Below, one piece after another: positions 21,322-31,381 of a DNA stretch of 64,000 nt. Every line of letters begins with the position of its first letter. Within the stretch, counting starts at the first letter, position 1. The notes under the pieces were generated by a model, which did not search any database, was not told where the DNA came from, and was given only the letters and a program-made list of their open reading frames with translations. Source of the stretch: a virus. The stretch is from the IMG/VR virus record IMGVR_UViG_3300045125_000040, positions 94,791 through 158,790 of that record, one strand, 5' to 3'. A program made the position numbers and the translations under genes.

Positions 21322-21588
21322 ATGAAAAAGCTTCTATTGGCTTCGGTTTTTGTCATGATTTCTACAAGTTCTTTTGCACAGTATATTATTTCTGGTTATG
21401 GTCCTGTTACAGGAAATGTATATATTGCAGAGCCATATGTATATCCTGTACCAGTTCCTGTGGCTGTGCCTCAACCAGTTCCTGTTCCTGTTCCAGCCCG
21501 TAGACCAGTTTGTACTTCATATCCTGATCCATGGGACACACTAGGATATATTTTTGGTGATCCCTTTATGATCACTACTTGTTATTAA
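21322..21588 (+). CDS. Secreted Pro/Val-rich small protein
   Basis: Signal peptide MKKLLLASVFVMISTSSFA; (VP)n tract; two Cys. Confidence 0.7.
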   Translation: MKKLLLASVFVMISTSSFAQYIISGYGPVTGNVYIAEPYVYPVPVPVAVPQPVPVPVPARRPVCTSYPDPWDTLGYIFGDPFMITTCY

Positions 21589-21596
21589 CGGCTAGT

Positions 21597-21672
21597 GCGG
21601 GTGTAGCTCAACGGTAGAGCAGTCACTGCTCGCAGTGACAGGGTGTTGGTTCAAGTCCAGCCACCAGCACTA
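21597..21672 (+). tRNA. tRNA-like element without a canonical anticodon loop
   Basis: Normal D arm (GCTC-AACGGTA-GAGC) and T arm (GTTCAAGTC); anticodon arm GTCACTG-CTCG-CAGTGAC; ends CTA. Confidence 0.6.
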
Positions 21673-21795
21673 TAAAAAAAGAGTTTAATTATGGATAAAA
21701 GTATCTTCAAATTATGTGGATGAAAGTTCTAGCGTTTTTCTTCTAATGATAACAATGGGATTTATTCTACAAGATTTATATACCTTTGGATAATT

Positions 21796-21870
21796 GCGGG
21801 TATAACTCAGGGGTAGAGTGTCAGCCTTCCAAGCTGTTCGTCGCTGGTTCGAATCCAGTTGCCCGCTCCA
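21796..21870 (+). tRNA. tRNA-Gly(TCC)
   Basis: Cloverleaf, CT-TCC-AA loop, CCA. Confidence 0.95.
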
Positions 21871-21874
21871 TTTT

Positions 21875-21903
21875 AAAGAGAGAGTGAAAACTCTCTCTTT
21901 TTT
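21875..21903 (+). terminator. Terminator after the tRNA cluster
   Basis: AAAGAGAGAGT-GAAA-ACTCTCTCTTT + T run. Confidence 0.85.
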
Positions 21904-21949
21904 ATTGACAATTTTTATATTTGGTATAATAATATCATGATAAACAATC

Positions 21950-22357
21950 GTGACGAAAAAATATATGGCCTTCCTTAGACGACTGGCCATAAACAATCAA
22001 ATGAAAATGAAACTCGCTGCGTGTCTTGTTATACGCAATGAGATCATTTCTATTGGTCTTAATTCTGATAAGTCACATCCTATGCAGAAAAAATTCTCAA
22101 AGAATAGTGATGCGATCTTTAAACATGCAGAGGTTGACTGTATTATCAATGCTCTGCGTCATGTTGATCAAGAGGATTTGAAGTCTGCCACTCTTTATGT
22201 CCACCGTGTCAAGAGACAATACAAAGGAGATAAAGAGTGGTCTGATGGAATGGCTGAACCGTGCTGTGGTTGTTATAAAGCCATAGAGCATTTCGGTATC
22301 AAAAGGACCGTCTTTTCAACTGATGAAGAATCTAAATTTGGAGTCAGTTGGGTCTAA
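21950..22357 (+). CDS. Zn-dependent cytidine/dCMP deaminase family protein
   Basis: HAE and PCCGC zinc motifs. Confidence 0.8.
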   Translation: MTKKYMAFLRRLAINNQMKMKLAACLVIRNEIISIGLNSDKSHPMQKKFSKNSDAIFKHAEVDCIINALRHVDQEDLKSATLYVHRVKRQYKGDKEWSDGMAEPCCGCYKAIEHFGIKRTVFSTDEESKFGVSWV

Positions 22358-22999
22358 AAATCTCAATTACTTTATTGATATAGTGTTTTCTGTCTTTCAC
22401 AAATAGTTGTGGTAATTCGTCATCAACGGCGATCATCACAACTATTTGTGGAATTTCTATTTTATTGCAACCATTCAAACATCATAGAATAACAGGTTGT
22501 CTGTAGAAAATAATCTGTGATCCAATCTTCCTTCTTCATCTTTCTGGATGTCTTAAAATCAATAATAGAAGGTACGCCATCAAATTCAGCAATCAGATCA
22601 CATCTTCCTGCTGTTCTGAGGACCAATAGAATGTAGAGGAAGTTCAACACCATAGATATTATCTACGTGTTTATCAAGATATTGCTTTAATGATTTGAAC
22701 GAATCAAGCCCAGAAGGCATAGCTCCTTGGGCATAATTGTCTTCATTTAAAACATATTTTTCCGCAATTCTATGAACTGCTGTTCCACGTCTGGAAGCTT
22801 GAACCATAATCTTTTTGGCTTCTTCTTCGCCTACTCTTTTTTCCATTCTAACAAAGGTTTCATATCTTTGTTTCTGGATAGAACAGTGGTCACAGATGGG
22901 AATTTTGACCAGTAGGAAGAACATAATGACGACTGCCATCAATATATTCTTCCCCTAGTTCTATTTCTTTCACAAACTTATGATTAAAAGTTTTCTCAT
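22344..22999 (-). CDS. PD-(D/E)XK exonuclease (rejoined)
   Basis: ASRRGTAVH, AGRCDLIA, IIDFKTS, YFLQ..Y. Confidence 0.85.
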
Positions 23000-23002
23000 A
23001 TA

Positions 23003-23756
23003 TCACACAGTTATCCTCATTTTATCCTTTAGAATTATATATTCTTTAACTAGAGCGGATCTTACAATATCTGCTGCTTCAAACTCTATTAGATTGAAAG
23101 ACTTCATACTACGAACAACTCGCATGAAGTCAGTCAATCCGTTTCTTTCATGTTCTCTTGTAAAAGTCACTCTGACGGAAGTCTCCACAGAATATAACTT
23201 TACAGTTATAACCCACTCTAGTAATAACAGAATCAAGTTCATGTAATGTCGCATTCTGCATTTCGTCTACGATGACAATGCAATTGTTAAGAGTAATACC
23301 ACGAATGAAAGATGTAGACATAAACTCAACAAGACCTTTATTCTTAAGGTAGTCGTATGCGTCTCCTCTTCCAAACAATTCTGAACATATTGCATAATAA
23401 GGTGCTTCATATACCTTAGTCTTTTCTTTAGAGTTTCCTGGAAGAAATCCCATATCTCTCGTGGGAACTACCGATCTAACGATAACAATCTTTTTATAAG
23501 AACTGTCTGGATTAGTTAGTATCTGTTTCAGCGAAAGATACATCGCCATAAAGGATTTACCTGTTCCGGCGATGCCATGTAACATCAAATTCTTATCATT
23601 ATCAAATGCATTAAAAGTATGTCTTTGATTTTGAGTTAATGGATCAAAATGTTTTAAATTAAAATTCAGTTTCTCTTGATAATTTTCTGATTGTTTTCCT
23701 TGTTGGCGAAGAAGTCTTTTTTCTCTACGTGTTAATCTTTTGGTTTCTTCTTCCAT
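23003..23756 (-). CDS. phoH: PhoH-like ATPase
   Basis: GIAGTGKS, GFLPG, FIRGIT, DEMQN, GDFRQSD, DIVRS. Confidence 0.93.
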
Positions 23757-23763
23757 TTTACCT

Positions 23764-24006
23764 CTAAAATGTGTTGATGGTGCTCCTTGATATGCCTTTT
23801 TGATTGCCCTTCTTCATATGTTTAAGCAGATCACGGAAACCCTGATCAGGTTTACCCATACCTCTGCCAGAATGGATCATTGGTGCACCATTTACGAGTT
23901 GAGTTATGTGCTTATTCTCTTCAAGGAAAGAGTCTAGTTCTGATATAGACATAAACTCTTCATACTCTTCACCAGTTTCATTATTTAAAAACTTATATGT
24001 AGGCAT
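23764..24006 (-). CDS. FmdB-like small protein
   Basis: MPTYKF.N..TGE..E.FMSISE. Confidence 0.6.
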   Translation of the reverse strand: MPTYKFLNNETGEEYEEFMSISELDSFLEENKHITQLVNGAPMIHSGRGMGKPDQGFRDLLKHMKKGNQKGISRSTINTF

Positions 24007-24347
24007 TAGCACACCGCCTTAATATCTTGATCTCGCAACCTAGAAATTGTTACTTCATTTATAGGTATATATATCTTTGAAGGAGGTTTCTCCGGTTTTT
24101 TCCAGATGTCTTCCACGGGTTCATTCCAAATTGTATCTTCTATAGGAAGTGTTTTCTTTACTGGTTCTGGATTTGTATAACAAGTATCTGCTTCGTTATA
24201 CTGAGTTGTTGGGCGATCTGGCGTAACTTTCATGAAAACAAGATTTAAATGATCTTGAATTATATTCCATTGTTCTTGTGTTGGCGCTGCTCCACCATTT
24301 ATTTCAGAAAATCCTTGTAACCAATAAACAAATTGTAAAGAATCCAT
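24006..24347 (-). CDS. Hypothetical protein
   Basis: QFVYWLQGF.E...PTQEQW.IIQDHL.LVF.KVTP. Confidence 0.6.
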   Translation of the reverse strand: MDSLQFVYWLQGFSEINGGAAPTQEQWNIIQDHLNLVFMKVTPDRPTTQYNEADTCYTNPEPVKKTLPIEDTIWNEPVEDIWKKPEKPPSKIYIPINEVTISRLRDQDIKAVC

Positions 24348-24348
24348 A

Positions 24349-24549
24349 TTACCTCCACGTATCTTCTGATACATCGTCAACGAAGTCCTGATCTTCATCT
24401 TCGATTAATGCTGAGATATCTTTAGTTCTCAAAGCACGTTCAACACGCTTTGCCTTGCGCTTGTTTTCCCTCTCACGAGGATCATCATGATATTCATCAT
24501 GGTCTGAATAATCGTTCTTCTTAAACTTCTTTAGTGCTGACTTGCTCAT
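24349..24549 (-). CDS. Hypothetical charged protein
   Basis: MSKSALKKF... ORF. Confidence 0.55.
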   Translation of the reverse strand: MSKSALKKFKKNDYSDHDEYHDDPRERENKRKAKRVERALRTKDISALIEDEDQDFVDDVSEDTWR

Positions 24550-24967
24550 TCTGCGATTAACCCTGGTAGCCCTTCCTTGACATGTTCGATTGTGATACCT
24601 GGAAATGGTAACTTCTTGTCCTTCATTGAACAAAGAAGTTTTGCATCATTGGAGAAACTCTCTCCAAAAGTTCCACGAACATCATTTCCCTTTTTGCTTG
24701 GGGAAGATTATCATGAAATCCTTTAACGAAATAACGTAGCTTTTCTGCTTCTTTCTTTAGAACGTGTTCTTGATCTACTAATTCATTTGGTGTATATGGT
24801 GGCACTCCTTCTGGGAGCAACCATACGACATTTGGATCAAACACACCCTGTAAAATGATTCTCAATGGAACACTATCATTCTCTCTGAGAGCGTCAATCT
24901 TTTCTTGTGTCTTTCGCTTTTTGCCAATTTTTTCAAGCAATTCATATAAACTAGTTACCATACCCAT
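24546..24967 (-). CDS. Conserved T4-like hypothetical protein next to rnh
   Basis: FDP...W.LPEG.PPY, KRE.MF..LLE motifs. Confidence 0.7.
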
Positions 24968-24978
24968 TTATTGTCTCC

Positions 24979-25853
24979 TTAAAATTCACTTAAATGTTCT
25001 GTTAAATTTCGAAGTTTCTTTTCCATAAAATAACCTAGCATTTTACTGCGATCACGATTGGTTTGTTCAGCATACTGAACCATGACTTGTTCTTTAATTT
25101 TATTTGGAATAAAAGACAAGTCTATTAGTTGTCTATTGCGATCAAAGTTACGTGCAATAGATGTTTCTATTTGAGATTGAATTGTATTGATTAGTTCATT
25201 AGTTTTCTTAGATGTAAGGCGCTTCTGTCTATCGCCTTTTTTCCTAGTGACAAAATAATCGTCTTGTGTTAGCACGTTAGGAATTCCATCTCCTTCATCC
25301 CCGTGCATTATGTGCTCGCAAAGATACATATTGGGGTCTTCATGACTAATCCATTTTTTACGTGTAGGATCATATTGTTTAACATTTTTTGTATTTATGT
25401 AACTGAATGAAATCTTTGTCTCCAGAAAGTATAAGAATAGTTGGTCTATCAACTTGTGATGGATTCGATCCAAACTCTTCACATAAAGTAGCAATAATAT
25501 CATCTGCTTCGGCTTAGATTCTACATCAATTACTCTGTATGGAAGGAACTCTTTAATTTCTGCTCTAATCTTATTTAGATATTTGAAGATTTCTTTCAGT
25601 TTATTTCTGATTCTTGTATGTTCTTTTTACGGTTTGCTTTGTAATAAGGGAAGATTTTCTCCCGCCAGTAATTAGTATTATCACAGGCGATTATCATTTC
25701 ACCATATTCACTACCAAACTTAACTTTATATGATCTTAAAGAATTTAAAACCATATGACGAATCATATTTTCATCTAATGGAGCATTAGTATGCTTACCC
25801 AACTGCATTAGCATATTAGATAGCATTACCTGATTCAAATCTACAATAATCAC
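24979..25853 (-). CDS. rnh: RNase H / 5'-3' exonuclease (rejoined)
   Basis: IVDLNQ, YWR...FPYYKANRK, EADDII, GDEGDGIPNVL. Confidence 0.93.
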
Positions 25854-25861
25854 AAAATCAC

Positions 25862-26248
25862 CTATTCAGTTTCTGGGTTTTTCAAATCAATTGCTAGTTC
25901 TTCTACGATTTTAAATGCACCCTCTTCATCATCTTTAGGAATAAAAACATTTTCTGCTATGATCTGAAAAGGATGATATTCTCCGTAATATTTGCACATA
26001 TATGATCTTAGTGCTTCTATTATCAGAGCGCCATCTTTAACATCATCTGTTTCTTCATCTGATAAGCCAAAACCTGCTATATCTAAATTATTAAAAATAA
26101 TAGGAGCAAGATTTAATATTGTTTCTTGAATATGATAATGTTTCATCATATCTACATTACGCTGAATGTCTTCTACTGTTTTTAATTCTTTTTCTATTTT
26201 TACGTTAGCCTTGGGAAAGACTATAACATTATCTTGTTTATCTTTCAA
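25862..26248 (-). CDS. Hypothetical protein
   Basis: DNVIVFP start; HPFQ motif; TTGACA promoter upstream. Confidence 0.6.
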   Translation of the reverse strand: MKDKQDNVIVFPKANVKIEKELKTVEDIQRNVDMMKHYHIQETILNLAPIIFNNLDIAGFGLSDEETDDVKDGALIIEALRSYMCKYYGEYHPFQIIAENVFIPKDDEEGAFKIVEELAIDLKNPETE

Positions 26249-26284
26249 TATATTACCCTATTGGTCTAGAGTTGTCAATGATAT

Positions 26285-26872
26285 TTATAGTTTTAAACTC
26301 TTTCTATCTTTATTTGTATACACTAATCTAATTTGTTGTGCTAAAGTATGCATTAGAATCTGATGACAATCTTCAACTACACCGTAATTGTTTGATTTTA
26401 CATGTATAATTTTTTCACAAAGGGAGTCTGATACAACCTTTCCACCATCAAAACCAACAAAAGCAATACTGGTGTAATTCTTTTTATTTGCCGCTTCAAG
26501 ACCTTTTATGATATTAGGAGATCTTCCAGATGAAGAAATAGCTATCACCAGAGCATGTTCTTCGTTTATCCATTCAATTTGTTTTGAAAAAATTTCATCA
26601 TAAGAAATGTCATTAGCAATAGCTGTCATAAGTGACATGTTAGCGGCCAGATTACGAATATTAGGGAACAAATCATGAACATCCGTTCTAATACCCTTTG
26701 TATGATCACATCCCCAATGTTCGGCAATGGCAGCAGAACCACCATTACCCATGACAACAATAGGCATTTTGATTTCCATACTGATAACTAGTTTATCAAA
26801 AATATTTTTTAACATGTCTTCGTCAACAGTATCTAATGCATCATTGATCATTCTCTGATAATTTTTTATCAT
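26285..26872 (-). CDS. gmhA: Phosphoheptose isomerase (SIS domain)
   Basis: GNGGSAA.AEH, TAIAND..Y..IFS.Q, ISSSG.S.N, ED.H. Confidence 0.88.
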   Translation of the reverse strand: MIKNYQRMINDALDTVDEDMLKNIFDKLVISMEIKMPIVVMGNGGSAAIAEHWGCDHTKGIRTDVHDLFPNIRNLAANMSLMTAIANDISYDEIFSKQIEWINEEHALVIAISSSGRSPNIIKGLEAANKKNYTSIAFVGFDGGKVVSDSLCEKIIHVKSNNYGVVEDCHQILMHTLAQQIRLVYTNKDRKSLKL

Positions 26873-27849
26873 TAGATAGTCTCCAAAGTAGAGCCACTTT
26901 TTGTGAATTTGAAATTAAATCTATCATAGTTTTCATGGCTTCTAACAGTCTGTTTTTATGTTTATCCTGTACATATAGAAGTAGATATCCTCCACCACCA
27001 GCGCCAAGAATCTTACCACCAAGAGCACCATTAGACATGGCTCTATGATACATTTCATCTATCTTATCATTAGATACGTTGTCTGTCAACTGCTTTTTTA
27101 TCTGCCAAGCCTGATCTAATAGATTACCAAAATCATCAACTTTTCTTTTCTGTAAAAGTTTTAGTCCTGTTTTGGCTACACTCAACCATAGCTTTAGTCT
27201 GTTCTATGGTAACAACATTTTTTAAATTTTCTACCTGTTTTGTTAGAACAGAAGCAGTACCTGTCGGTTTATACCTGTATTAAAACAAACAAGATTGTTT
27301 GTTTAGCTCAAGTAATGCAAGTTGATCTACATCAACCGGCTTGACTTTTTATATGATTTTACTAAAATAAATTGCATTGAATCCACCAAAAGCAGCGGCG
27401 GACTGATCTTGTTTACCAATAGGTTCATTACATTTTACAATTTCAATATAAGAAGCTAGTTCTGCTAGTTCATTATGATCAATGTTTCTACCAGTTGTTA
27501 TCCTATGCAAGGCATTAATAAGACCCACTGTGAATGTTGATGATGATCCTAGACCTGTTCCTCTCACCGGAACGTCAGAGAAAGAACAAATTTCAATATT
27601 GGACGGCAAGTCAAAATGTTTTAAACATTCTCTTACACGATTATGTTTTACTTCCTCAATGTTATTAACATGTTCTAATTCTGAATAGATAACTTTTAGA
27701 TGAGGAGCAACACATCTATTAATAGCCAAATAGATATGACTATTAATAGTTGTTGAAAGAACCATTCCATCATTTTCATCATAGAATTGAGGAATGTCAG
27801 ATCCACCACCAAAGAATGAAATTCTTAAAGGAGTTTTTGAAATAATCAT
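26872..27849 (-). CDS. hddA: GHMP kinase, heptose-7-phosphate kinase HddA-like (rejoined)
   Basis: TPLRISFFGGGSD, GTGLGSSS, GKQDQ, GGKILGAGGGG. Confidence 0.85.
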
Positions 27850-28834
27850 ACTTTATACACAAACATTTGTCCAGAGTTTTTCTTGACTCGACTGTTGGAT
27901 ATTGATTCAATAGTTCTCTTAGTGTTGATTCCCATTGTGAACTGATCTTTTTAATATTAAATCTGTTATCAGCATATGCTTTAACAAATTTTAAATAATT
28001 TTGTGCTTCGTCGGTATTAACAACATTAATAGCATGTTCAAGATATCTATAAAACATTTGTGCATGTTTATTGATATCTTCATTGTATTGATACATGGTT
28101 GTTAGCATACCAGAAGTATCAGAAAGAGCAGCTAGATTAGGATGAACACACATTAGTCCTGCTGACATTGATTCAATAAGAACTCTACATGCGGTTTCTT
28201 TCCAAATATTAGGATATGCTAGAATATGTGCGTTCTCCACATGCTTTCTCAATACCTCTTGTGAGGCAAATCCATGATATGTCATGTGTGAATGATTTCT
28301 GATTTTATCATATAACGGTTCAAAATTCTTATCAGCATCTTCCCATCCATAAATCTTGAATGAAGAAAATACATCAAGATGAATGTTATCATACTTCTTT
28401 GATAGACTATCAACTACAGGATATAGAAGTTCAAGACCTCTCTGTGGTGTTGAGAAATAAATCAAATTTATTTTATTTTTATCTTTTGGTAAAAGATTTA
28501 AAGGCTCAAATGGAGTTTCAATAATATCAACCTTTTCGTTCAAAGGAATATTTAATTTTAGATTGAAATCATTAAGATGCCAATTACAATTGAAAATCAT
28601 TTTGTGAAATCTATTACGACTATTTTCATCCTTGAGATGATTTAATTCAGGATCTTCTGGTAGATCATGGCACCAGTAAATACGAATCTTATCCTCTTCA
28701 AGATCTCTGAAACGTGAAGGAATGATCTGAAATTCTTTTAATAGTTCTTCAGGAACATACTTAGCAAGTGTTCTCTTGGTAATCTCAGTACCGCCATTTG
28801 CATTCTTTGATACTTCATTTTCTTCAAAGCCCAT
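27846..28834 (-). CDS. GT-B (GT4-like) glycosyltransferase
   Basis: GGTE, W.HD, YFSTPQRGL, YP..W.ET.C....E.MSAG. Confidence 0.82.
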
Positions 28835-29368
28835 TATTTAACTCCATTATTAATTTACATGCAGACCATAAGTCTTCTTTTATAAAATCTGGTTTGATAT
28901 CTCCATATTCATCTGGAATATTCCAAACTTTAATACCAACGTATATAGTAGTCAAGCCAGACTTATTTCCCGGCACGATATCTTTCCAACGATCACCAAT
29001 CATATAACTTTTAGATCTATCAATTTCATATGTTCTTATCAATGCTTCTATCATACCATTATTTGGTTTATACAAGTCTGAATCTTTATTAAGAGCATAT
29101 AGGACATGATCTACACCAGCCTCATCTTCAAGAAATGTACATATATCATCTAGGTCGGTCATATACATTTCGCCATCCATAACGCCTCGGCTTGGTTTGT
29201 AACCACAAATACCATATAGTTATTTTTTTGAATTTTTCAATAGCTTCAAAGACATTAGGATATAATTTTAATTCATCTAATGTCCATGGGGATCATCATT
29301 CTTCCATCTGGTCGTGAAACCAGATGATTGATAACTCCATCTTTATCTATGAATACTGCTTTGCGCAT
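28824..29368 (-). CDS. gmhB: HAD heptose-bisphosphate phosphatase GmhB-like (rejoined)
   Basis: MRKAVFIDKDGVIN, VVTNQ, KPNNGM, MIGDRWKD. Confidence 0.85.
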
Positions 29369-29763
29369 CTTTCTCTCAATTCACTAGATGAATAGTTATG
29401 TACTCTTTTAATAAATTCAATCTTTATACCACGATCATTACATACTTCTGATCCTGTAATTTTTTTATTTTCATAATCAGAACCAATAAATCTTTTATCA
29501 ATATTAAGTGTTGCTAACATATTGATAATATCTTGTTCCGACTCATATGGAATAATTTCATCAACTGCTTTCATAGCATTGAGCTGTTTCCATCTTTCAT
29601 ATACAGATTGAATTGGTTTATTTTTCGTATCTGGTCTCTCAGTTGTGGGGTCAAAGTGTAACCCCACAATGAGAAAATCACATTTTCTTTTGGCCTCTTC
29701 AAGCATAGCCACATGTCCTGCATGAAGTAGATCAAAAGCACCAAAAGTAATTCCTATTATCAT
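29347..29763 (-). CDS. Cytidylyltransferase-family nucleotidyltransferase (TagD/HldC-like)
   Basis: GAFDLLHAGH (HxGH), KPIQS..ER, GSDY, YSSSELR. Confidence 0.85.
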   Translation of the reverse strand: MIIGITFGAFDLLHAGHVAMLEEAKRKCDFLIVGLHFDPTTERPDTKNKPIQSVYERWKQLNAMKAVDEIIPYESEQDIINMLATLNIDKRFIGSDYENKKITGSEVCNDRGIKIEFIKRVHNYSSSELRERCAKQYS

Positions 29764-29764
29764 T

Positions 29765-30329
29765 TTATATAATCCTAAAACATCCGCCAAAGTCGTGTGG
29801 TTTACCAATATAATCTATTTTATATTTCGTTTCTGATAAAAATTCTTCAAACGCTTTAAACTCATGATTTCTCCAAGGTTCTGTATCTCCACCATAACCA
29901 ATAATTTCATCAAAAACCAAAATTGTTCCCTTTTGCATTCTTGGTTTCAAACAATCAAAAATTGTTTTGGTTGAAGAATATAAATCGCAATCTATATGAA
30001 CAAAGGCAACTTTTTCCTTGTGTTTTTTTAAAAATTCAGGCAAAGATTGTTCCATACCACCCGTCAATATATACTACATTTTCTGGTATATCAATTGGTT
30101 TTGCAGACTTAAATTCTCCTTTTTTATGCGTATATCCTTCCCAATCTTCTGGTAATCCTTCAAAAGAATCAAAAGAATATAAAATATTTTCTTTTAAAAC
30201 AGATGATAATATTTGAGTACTCCCACCACTACCAAATTCTAATATCAATCCATCTGTATTAATATATGATATAAAATCTTCTAAACTTTTATTTTCAGAA
30301 GATTTAATTTTATCTACATCTATTATCAT
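29765..30329 (-). CDS. TylF/MycF-like SAM-dependent O-methyltransferase (rejoined)
   Basis: LEFG, FDSFEGLPEDW, FVHIDCDLYSST, VFDE. Confidence 0.8.
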
Positions 30330-30688
30330 GCTTGCCTTTCCAAAAATTCATGATTCATTCTTGATGGGAGAAAATATTCATCAATTAATGTTAATACAAC
30401 ATTCTTATCATATGGTTTACAAGAAAACACATCTATATAGGCATCCCCTGTGTCATCACAGAAATGAGCACAAATATTACTAGTCTCAATAAGCTGAACT
30501 AATGTATATCCAGCTTTATTATCTTCTCCAAAATGAATGACCTGTGGCTCGCCATATGCTACCATGTCAATCTGTTCAACCAAGTCCTTGGCAAACTTTC
30601 GGATAATTTCTGCATTTGTTACTGCATTTCTGTTGCAATTTCCTGCATTAATTATTAGGTGATACCCCCAATAGGTGTTTTCTTTCAT
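30326..30688 (-). CDS. speD: S-adenosylmethionine decarboxylase proenzyme
   Basis: WGYHL, GYTLVQLIETSNICAHF, YIDVFSCK. Confidence 0.85.
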   Translation of the reverse strand: MKENTYWGYHLIINAGNCNRNAVTNAEIIRKFAKDLVEQIDMVAYGEPQVIHFGEDNKAGYTLVQLIETSNICAHFCDDTGDAYIDVFSCKPYDKNVVLTLIDEYFLPSRMNHEFLERQA

Positions 30689-30710
30689 TTCTACCTCTGT
30701 CCGTTAAGAG

Positions 30711-30986
30711 TTAATATTGGTATGAATCAATAATTTGTACATAATTAACATGTGAAACATCAAAATTAACCCACATACCTTTTGAAATATTCCAAGCGGC
30801 AATCATATTTGGGTTATCATTATGATACTTACGTTCATCTTCCATTTCATTTATATAAGTTTTTGGGAGATGATCGGGCATAAGTGTGCAACGAATTTCG
30901 TGTTTATTACCAGCAGTATCTGTGAAATATAATGCCATAGCATTTTCACGAAGATCCTTTAGAAGAGTATCACGTTCATAAATCAT
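30711..30986 (-). CDS. Hypothetical SH3-like protein
   Basis: MIYERD...R.CTL...W. Confidence 0.55.
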   Translation of the reverse strand: MIYERDTLLKDLRENAMALYFTDTAGNKHEIRCTLMPDHLPKTYINEMEDERKYHNDNPNMIAAWNISKGMWVNFDVSHVNYVQIIDSYQY

Positions 30987-30988
30987 AA

Positions 30989-31268
30989 TTAAGCTCCAAA
31001 ATAATTTTTCAGATTCCAATAGTATCTTTCTCTTGTCGCCTGTCTCTTCATTAATCTGTTGCTGCAATTGATGATATCCTCCAATATGGAAACCATCAAT
31101 TACTATTACAGGAAAAGTTTTTGCTTCTGGAAATTTGCTAAGAAGAATATCACGTGTGAAATCTTCATCTAATTTGTATTCAATAAAATCTTTACCATGA
31201 ACACGAAGTAGCTGTTTTGCTTGATCACAAAAAGTGCAATTTGTTTTTGAATAAACCTCAATTGCCAT
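30989..31268 (-). CDS. Glutaredoxin
   Basis: YSKTNCTFC, TFP.I.IDG..IGGY. Confidence 0.9.
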
Positions 31269-31381
31269 TTAAAAGTTCCTCCCAATACAATTCAATATCT
31301 TTTTTGAGGACGGATCGTATCCTTTATCATACATATCCGCCATTACTAACATTTCAAGGTCGCTGAACATCAATAAGTCTC

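Noticed and set aside
20260-21900. CRISPR array or regular repeat array in the non-coding cluster
   Set aside because: No repeated unit with regular spacers; the structure is explained by tRNAs and unique hairpins
22344-22999. Cas4/CRISPR adaptation gene
   Set aside because: PD-(D/E)XK exonuclease common in T4-like phages; no Fe-S cysteine set, cas genes or array seen
29347-29763. Teichoic-acid (TagD) pathway implying a Gram-positive host
   Set aside because: The context is heptose genes and a T4-like core; no tagB/tagF-type genes in the window
30711-31268. Glutaredoxin fused to a second domain
   Set aside because: The junction has a GGAG RBS and ATG, and an alternative frame ends ENYFGA*; likely two genes merged by a read error
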